Positions 58,461-64,000 of a DNA stretch of 64,000 nt are shown piece after piece (position 1 is the first letter of the stretch; every line of letters begins with the position of its first letter). The stretch covers positions 2,121 to 66,120 of the forward strand of contig JACRAK010000007.1 in assembly GCA_016234725.1 (NCBI GenBank), written 5' to 3'. The translations under genes and the position numbers were made by a program. The notes under the pieces were generated by a model. The model ran no database searches and was not told the origin of the DNA. It worked only from the letters and a program-made list of their open reading frames with translations. The DNA is from Candidatus Azambacteria bacterium (GTDB taxonomy: Bacteria > Patescibacteriota > Minisyncoccia > GWC2-36-17 > WO2-46-25).

Positions 58461-59678
58461 CTAGCGCACCAAGTACGGATTCTTCGCGCCGCGCACCTCA
58501 AAGTGCAAGTGGCACCCCGTTGATCTGCCCGCGCCTTCCATGCGCACGCGCCTGCCGTCGATAACCTCGAAGCCGCCGCCCATCGTCGCGATCATGCTTC
58601 CTTGTTTCACTTCCTGCCCGTTGAACGCGAAGACATCTTTCAAATGCGCATAGAGCGTCACCACGCCGTTGGGGTGTTTGATTATGATATTATTGCCGTA
58701 ACCGGAATACACCGCCGCGCCGGTGCGCGCGCGGGATTCCGTGGTTCGTACCGCCGTCACCACGCCGTCTGCGGCCGCATAGATCGCCGTGCCGCACTGG
58801 TTACCGATGTCGGCGCCGTTATTCCCGTGGAGACCCTGCGTCTTCCTGCCGCTGGTCGGGAATATGAAATATTTATTGGAAACCGGCGATTGTTTTGCCG
58901 ACGCGACCGCGGTTGCCGGCTTCGGCGTGCGGATCGGCTGGGGCATTCTGCCGTCAGGAAGGATCACAACGTCGTCCACGCGGAGCGCACCGTCTGCGGG
59001 GAGATGATTATACGCAATGATGTCTTCTTCGTTCGCGCGGAACTGCTGCGCCAGTGACGCCACCGTATCGCCCTTCTTTACCGTATGCCTCACGCCATCC
59101 ACCGGCAAGATCTCGAGCCGCTGCCCTTCTTTTATGTAATCAGCGGACGACAGGTTATTCGCCCACAACAGGGTCGTGGGGGCAACGCCAAACATAGTGG
59201 CGATCTCTGAGATCGTGTCGCCCTCCTCTACCATATAATAGACGATCTGGTCGCGGGAGGTCTGGTTTTGGTCTATCGTCAGCGGCGCAAGGTCGGCGAC
59301 AAGTGCGTCATCGGCGGTCGTCGGATAGGCATATTCGTCTATTTGTTCTTCGTCGATACCTCCTCTCCCCTCGCCCATGCTATCATACACTGCCTCTTGA
59401 GAAATATGTCCCTGAGACGCCCTCACGGACACTTCGGTATAGCTATTCCCCGCGTTTTGCTGTATCGCCGCGAGCGTTATCGCCGAAAGCTTGCCGTTTG
59501 CGTCCGCAATATTGAAGAAAGACGCAAAAAACAGCATAATAACAAAAAACGCCGAGAAAACGTTGCTTTTTGCGAGGTCGAGTATATAAAAAAATCTATT
59601 CCCGGTAGGGAGTACAGGGAATTTCGTAGTAAGCGCATGGATCCCTCTCCGCAACGCAGAGAGGAAATTGGAGATCAT
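58461..59678 (-). CDS. LysM x2 + M23 peptidase
   Basis: YMVEEGDTIS, HTVKKGDTV, HGNNGAD, YAHL, HLHFEV. Confidence 0.92.
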   Translation of the reverse strand: MISNFLSALRRGIHALTTKFPVLPTGNRFFYILDLAKSNVFSAFFVIMLFFASFFNIADANGKLSAITLAAIQQNAGNSYTEVSVRASQGHISQEAVYDSMGEGRGGIDEEQIDEYAYPTTADDALVADLAPLTIDQNQTSRDQIVYYMVEEGDTISEIATMFGVAPTTLLWANNLSSADYIKEGQRLEILPVDGVRHTVKKGDTVASLAQQFRANEEDIIAYNHLPADGALRVDDVVILPDGRMPQPIRTPKPATAVASAKQSPVSNKYFIFPTSGRKTQGLHGNNGADIGNQCGTAIYAAADGVVTAVRTTESRARTGAAVYSGYGNNIIIKHPNGVVTLYAHLKDVFAFNGQEVKQGSMIATMGGGFEVIDGRRVRMEGAGRSTGCHLHFEVRGAKNPYLVR

Positions 59679-59844
59679 GGTATGAATCGGTGTAAGATGA
59701 CTGTTCGTTCGCCCTTCTCGCCTCTTTTCTATGACCGCATACATAATACCACCGCGAGGGCCAAAGGTCAATCGTTCCAACAAAGTTATCCACAGTTAAA
59801 AAAGATACGGTAGCGCCTTGGTATTACTTAAAAACCCGCATACA

Positions 59845-61770
59845 ATGGGAGATCTTTACGCCAATTTGAATGAGCGGCAGCGCGAGGCGGTCGCGACGGA
59901 AAACGGCCCGCTCTTGGTCATTGCGGGCGCAGGCTCGGGCAAAACAACGGTGCTGACCCGCCGCATCGCCTCTCTTATCGCCAAGGGGGTCGCCCGGCCC
60001 GATCAGGTGCTTGCCGTCACCTTCACCAATAAGGCGGCGGGGGAGATGAAAGAGCGGGTGCGCGCTCTCCTTGCGGGGGCTTCTGTCCACGCCGCACCCC
60101 TCATCGGCACGTTCCACTCCGTGTGCCTTACCATCCTCCGCGCCCACGCGGAGCTCCTCGGCTATGGCCGCGACTTCCTCATATTCGACAGCAAAGACCA
60201 GCAGGCGCTTCTGAAGTCCATATGCGAAGAATTGCGCATCGACACCGAGCGCTTCACGCCCGACTCGTTCGGGAACGCCATTTCCAAGCTCAAAAGCAGG
60301 CTCATCACCCCCGACGCGTTCACCGAAGACGCGCACGACCCATACCCGAAAATGGCGGCAACGGTATATGCGAAATATCAAGACGCGCTCAAGGAACATA
60401 ACGCCGTTGATTTTGACGACATGATCATGCTGTGCGTGCAGCTTTTTGAAGCGCGCAAAGATATTTTGGAGCGCTATCAGGAACAATTCCGGTATATCCT
60501 CATCGACGAATACCAAGACACCAACTTCGCCCAGCACCGTTTCGTGAACCTGCTTGCCGCTCGCTACCGGAACATCTGCGCGGTGGGCGACCTCGACCAG
60601 GCGATCTACGGGTGGCGGCAAGCGGATGTGGCGAACATCCTTAATTTTGAAACGCAGTATCCCGATGCGAAGGTCGTCGTGCTCGAAGAGAACTACCGCT
60701 CCACGCAAAACATCCTGTCGGCCGCAAACATGATCATCAGCAAGAACAAAATGCGGAAAGAAAAGAATCTCTTCACCAAAAACAAGGCGGGGGAGAAGAT
60801 CAGCGTGGTGGTCGCCGCGACCGAAACGGAAGAAGCGGAGTTCGTCGCGCGCACGGTCCGCGCGCTGGTGCGCGACAAGCGCTTTTCTTTGTCTGACATC
60901 GCGGTGCTGTACCGCACGAACGCGCAGTCCCGCGCGATCGAAGAAACGTTCGCACGGCGAAGCATCGCCTACAAGGTCATCGGGGGCTTGAAATTCTACG
61001 AACGCAAAGAGATCAAGGACGTCCTCGCGTATCTTCGCTGCATCGCAAACCCCCGCGACACCGTGAGTTTGAAGCGCGTCATCAATTTCCCGCCCCGCGG
61101 TATCGGCAAAGTGTCGCTGACGAATTTTTTCCAAAAAAAGGAGACCACGAAATCGATCGACGGATTTTTTGCGCTCATCGATGCGCTCAAAGAAGCGCGC
61201 GGCACACTTTCGCTTTCCGCATTCATGAAGCTCGTCATACACCGGTCGGGCATTGAAGCGCACCTCAAAGAACTCGGTGAAAAAGAAGAGACACGCTGGG
61301 AAAATGTGCGCGAACTGATATCGGCGGCGGCCGCCTATGATGCCGAAGCTCCGGAGCAGGCGCTCACATCATTTTTGGACAACGCCGCGCTTGCCTCGCA
61401 GGAAAGCAAAGAAGAGAACAAAGGCGCGGTGCACGTCATGACGATGCATTCGGCAAAAGGGCTTGAGTTCCGCGCAGTGTTTTGCATCGGCATGGAAGAT
61501 AACATCTTTCCCCATTCGCGGAGCAAGCAATCGCCCGCGGAAATGGAAGAGGAGCGGCGGCTCTGCTACGTTGCCGTCACGCGGGCGAAAGAACACGTCT
61601 GGCTCTTGTACGCCAGAGCACGGCGCACCTATGGCCAAACGCAAATGAACCCTCCCTCCCGTTTTCTGTTCGATATTCCCGAGCACCTTGTGTCATTTTC
61701 CGTATGCGGAGAAGAAGCGAGCATCAGCTATGATGACCTTGAGAGCGGCATCATCGGGTTTGAGACGTAG
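59845..61770 (+). CDS. pcrA: UvrD/PcrA helicase
   Basis: AGAGSGKT, TFTNKAA, DEYQDTN, HSAKGLEF, YVAVTRA. Confidence 0.95.
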   Translation: MGDLYANLNERQREAVATENGPLLVIAGAGSGKTTVLTRRIASLIAKGVARPDQVLAVTFTNKAAGEMKERVRALLAGASVHAAPLIGTFHSVCLTILRAHAELLGYGRDFLIFDSKDQQALLKSICEELRIDTERFTPDSFGNAISKLKSRLITPDAFTEDAHDPYPKMAATVYAKYQDALKEHNAVDFDDMIMLCVQLFEARKDILERYQEQFRYILIDEYQDTNFAQHRFVNLLAARYRNICAVGDLDQAIYGWRQADVANILNFETQYPDAKVVVLEENYRSTQNILSAANMIISKNKMRKEKNLFTKNKAGEKISVVVAATETEEAEFVARTVRALVRDKRFSLSDIAVLYRTNAQSRAIEETFARRSIAYKVIGGLKFYERKEIKDVLAYLRCIANPRDTVSLKRVINFPPRGIGKVSLTNFFQKKETTKSIDGFFALIDALKEARGTLSLSAFMKLVIHRSGIEAHLKELGEKEETRWENVRELISAAAAYDAEAPEQALTSFLDNAALASQESKEENKGAVHVMTMHSAKGLEFRAVFCIGMEDNIFPHSRSKQSPAEMEEERRLCYVAVTRAKEHVWLLYARARRTYGQTQMNPPSRFLFDIPEHLVSFSVCGEEASISYDDLESGIIGFET

Positions 61771-61823
61771 CATAAAAAGAAGAGCGCTGGTATAATTAAT
61801 TTTATTATCATTACTGTATATTC

Positions 61824-62294
61824 ATGGAAACTTCAGAAACTATGACGTGTCAAAAAAGGTGTTGCGTGAATGCCGCAAATCGCACCGTAAAAAAAGTGCT
61901 CTGCATCATCGTGGTCATCGCGGCGCTCGTGTGGGTCGATACGAATTTCAACATCATTGCGTCGTCACAAGCCAACAAACAAGCGCGCGCACACTTGCAA
62001 GCGGTGTTTTTATCCAACGGCCAGGTATATTTCGGCGCGCTGTCGCGCCACGGCATCGGCTTCTGGCGCCTCGACCGCGCGCACTATCTGCAAGTATCAA
62101 AAACTCCTTCGGCGCTTTCCCCCGAAACACCAGACGGCACCGCGCCCCAAGAAACGCGCACCACGCTCATGAAATTGAGCGACGACATGCACCGCCCGCA
62201 AAACACCTTATTCATTCCCGCATCGCAGATCCTTTTTTGGCAAAATCTGCAAAACGACTCTCCGGTCGCACAGGCGATCATATCAGGCCAATGA
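61824..62294 (+). CDS. Hypothetical protein, paralog of 40005-40439
   Basis: TM; AVFLSNGQVYFG. Confidence 0.7.
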   Translation: METSETMTCQKRCCVNAANRTVKKVLCIIVVIAALVWVDTNFNIIASSQANKQARAHLQAVFLSNGQVYFGALSRHGIGFWRLDRAHYLQVSKTPSALSPETPDGTAPQETRTTLMKLSDDMHRPQNTLFIPASQILFWQNLQNDSPVAQAIISGQ

Positions 62295-63208
62295 CCCCGC
62301 GGCCGAACAAGCGGCTCGGCCAAAATTTCCTCGTCAACCGCGGGATCATCGAGAAGATCATCGCCGCGGCCGCGCTTGAAAAAACAGATACCGTACTCGA
62401 GGTCGGCCCCGGGCACGGCGCGCTCACGCTTGAACTCGCTCAAAAAGCGGAGAGGGTCATCGCAATAGAAAAAGACAGGGGACTCGCAGAAATCCTGCGC
62501 GCAAAATTGGCTGAAAAAAAGATTGCGAACGTCGAAATTATCGAAGGCGACATCCTCGTGTTTCTTTCTACTCGCTACTCGCTACTGCCTACTCGCTACT
62601 GCGTCGTCGCCAATATCCCGTACTATCTCACCTCCGCGCTCATCCGCCAATTGCTTGAACTCGCGCATCCGCCGGAGCGCATCATTCTCACCATTCAAAA
62701 AGAAGTCGCCCAGCGCATCGCGGCGCACGGCGGTAAAGAAAGCATTCTTTCGCTCGCGGTGAAATTTTACGCGGACGCACAGATCCTTTTTTACGTTTCG
62801 CGCGGCTCGTTCTCGCCATCACCCAACGTGGACTCCGCGGTGATAGAAATAATCCCGCGAAAAGAAAAGCAGGCCGTCGCGCCCGAAGTGTTTTTTACCG
62901 TCGTAAAAGCGGGGTTCTCGGCGCCGCGCAAAAAACTACTCGGCAATCTTGCAAAAGGATTATCCATAGAAAAAGAGAAAATTGCGGCGATGTTCGCACG
63001 GCTCGGCGTGGATGCGGATGTCCGCTCCGAGCAGCTTTCGCTCGCCCAATGGCTCGCCCTTGCCCCCGCACTTATGTATGGGCGTGAGGGCTTGCCCCGT
63101 AGAAGCACTTCGGCTGCCGCAAAGCGGCAAAAAGACGTAGTCAGCCGAAGTCCTCTATCGGGGCTTGCGCGATCAAGTAAAAAAGATATACTGAAAGCAA
63201 ATAATTAA
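62291..63208 (+). CDS. rsmA: 16S rRNA m6,2A dimethyltransferase
   Basis: KRLGQNFL, LEVGPGHG, ANIPY, QKEVA, PNVDS; real start 62291. Confidence 0.95.
   Translation: MTPRPNKRLGQNFLVNRGIIEKIIAAAALEKTDTVLEVGPGHGALTLELAQKAERVIAIEKDRGLAEILRAKLAEKKIANVEIIEGDILVFLSTRYSLLPTRYCVVANIPYYLTSALIRQLLELAHPPERIILTIQKEVAQRIAAHGGKESILSLAVKFYADAQILFYVSRGSFSPSPNVDSAVIEIIPRKEKQAVAPEVFFTVVKAGFSAPRKKLLGNLAKGLSIEKEKIAAMFARLGVDADVRSEQLSLAQWLALAPALMYGREGLPRRSTSAAAKRQKDVVSRSPLSGLARSSKKDILKANN
63094..63164. repeat. Palindromic element within the 3' extension of rsmA
   Basis: GCCCCGTAGAAGCACTTCGGCTG...CAGCCGAAGTCCTCTATCGGGGC. Confidence 0.65.
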
Positions 63209-63220
63209 TACGACACCATT

Positions 63221-63433
63221 ATGGGTAACAAAAATTTTGAATCATTTCCTGAAGCACCGGCGGAGGACGGAGAAAACAACAAGGAAGAAGCTGAAGCCGT
63301 CAGGGAGGGGGAAATAGGAACGGAAGAAAAGGTACTCCCGGAAACGCCGGATGAGCTACAAGAAATGGACCCGGAAGCATTAGAGTCATTCAAAGGAGTC
63401 CCGGAAGCTCCGCTGGAAGAGGACGAGGCGTAA
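63221..63433 (+). CDS. Small, highly acidic, probably disordered protein
   Basis: 70-aa Glu-rich ORF; terminator at 63463-63487. Confidence 0.55.
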   Translation: MGNKNFESFPEAPAEDGENNKEEAEAVREGEIGTEEKVLPETPDELQEMDPEALESFKGVPEAPLEEDEA

Positions 63434-63702
63434 CCGCTTTATTTATTCGCATAATTACCCAGAAAACACGCCTTCCTGGCGTGTTTTTGTTTGTTTTGAC
63501 CCCGCTACAACCTCATCGATACCCTCATTTCTGTTGGGAGCTAAGGCGAAGCCGCCTTACGGCTCTTCCTGTTGCGTTAGTTTCTTGAAACCGCTAGGCC
63601 TCACATTGACTTTTTAGCTGTTTTTTTGTATAATAGCAATGCAAAAAATAAGGCTTCGATAAGCATTTCACCTTAAAAATTCAATAATAAAAGGGGGACG
63701 AA

Positions 63703-64000
63703 ATGAAAAAGGTAGTGATTTTCCTTGTTTTTCTTGTTTTAAGTGTCGTGGGGTGCGGCGCAATGGAACAAATCATCATAACAGACCCCTCTCATCTCCT
63801 CGTTCTTTTCGAGGCCTCGCCAAAAACATCATACGACCCGGGGGAATACGAATATGAGATTGAAGGAGCAATAAATGTTGAAATGAAGCCCGGGCAGAGC
63901 ATTGAAAGAAATATGGCGTGCGTGGGGGATTTCGAGATCAGGGTCCACGCCTACAAGGTCGTCGGAAGAACCGCTTCCGGAAAAGCCGCGAGGGAATACA
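63703..64000 (+). CDS. Putative lipoprotein, partial (runs off window)
   Basis: MKKVVIFLVFLVLSVVG|C lipobox; GGGGGA SD-like run; TTGACT/TATAAT upstream. Confidence 0.65.
   Translation, partial: MKKVVIFLVFLVLSVVGCGAMEQIIITDPSHLLVLFEASPKTSYDPGEYEYEIEGAINVEMKPGQSIERNMACVGDFEIRVHAYKVVGRTASGKAAREY

Noticed and set aside
59824-61263. 479-aa antisense ORF and many other shadow ORFs
   Set aside because: Antisense to well-supported genes in GC-rich codon context; no motifs
61847-62290. N-terminal extension of rsmA (453-aa ORF)
   Set aside because: Overlaps the real gene 61824-62294 in another frame; RsmA motifs begin at 62291
1-64000. Alternative genetic code (UGA=Gly)
   Set aside because: Conserved genes are full length under code 11 and several end properly at TGA

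Overview
Gene-dense bacterial chromosomal window, standard code 11. Gene content and style suggest Patescibacteria/CPR, probably Parcubacteria (inference). It holds housekeeping genes (pepA, CCA-adding enzyme, a Xer recombinase, rpsO, pnp, comM, pcrA/uvrD, rsmA), two toxin-antitoxin modules, a two-component signalling cluster, a 2424-aa surface protein, and a type IV pilus locus (24.7-48.7 kb) interrupted by about 14 kb of surface and accessory genes. The most striking signals are not in the ORF track. (1) Two 'tRNA-inside-a-tRNA' loci (Ala, Pro): an intact tRNA gene bracketed by the shared inverted repeat CCCGCCnAAGTTT...AAATTTAGGCGGG sits in the anticodon loop of a second, interrupted tRNA of the same isotype. 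(2) Inverted heptamer-repeat arrays bracket four-helix-bundle genes and also occur empty, including inside prepilin leaders and in frame in housekeeping enzymes; one four-helix bundle is fused to a pilin. (3) RAYT, PaaX/Cas2-like and GxxExxY genes are each bracketed by their own palindrome or inverted-repeat family. (4) An apparently split domain is nested three deep in the giant protein, and its two halves also occur separately on a minor pilin and a secreted protein. (5) Three tandem candidate sRNA units. All family calls come from motif recognition by eye; no database searches were run.
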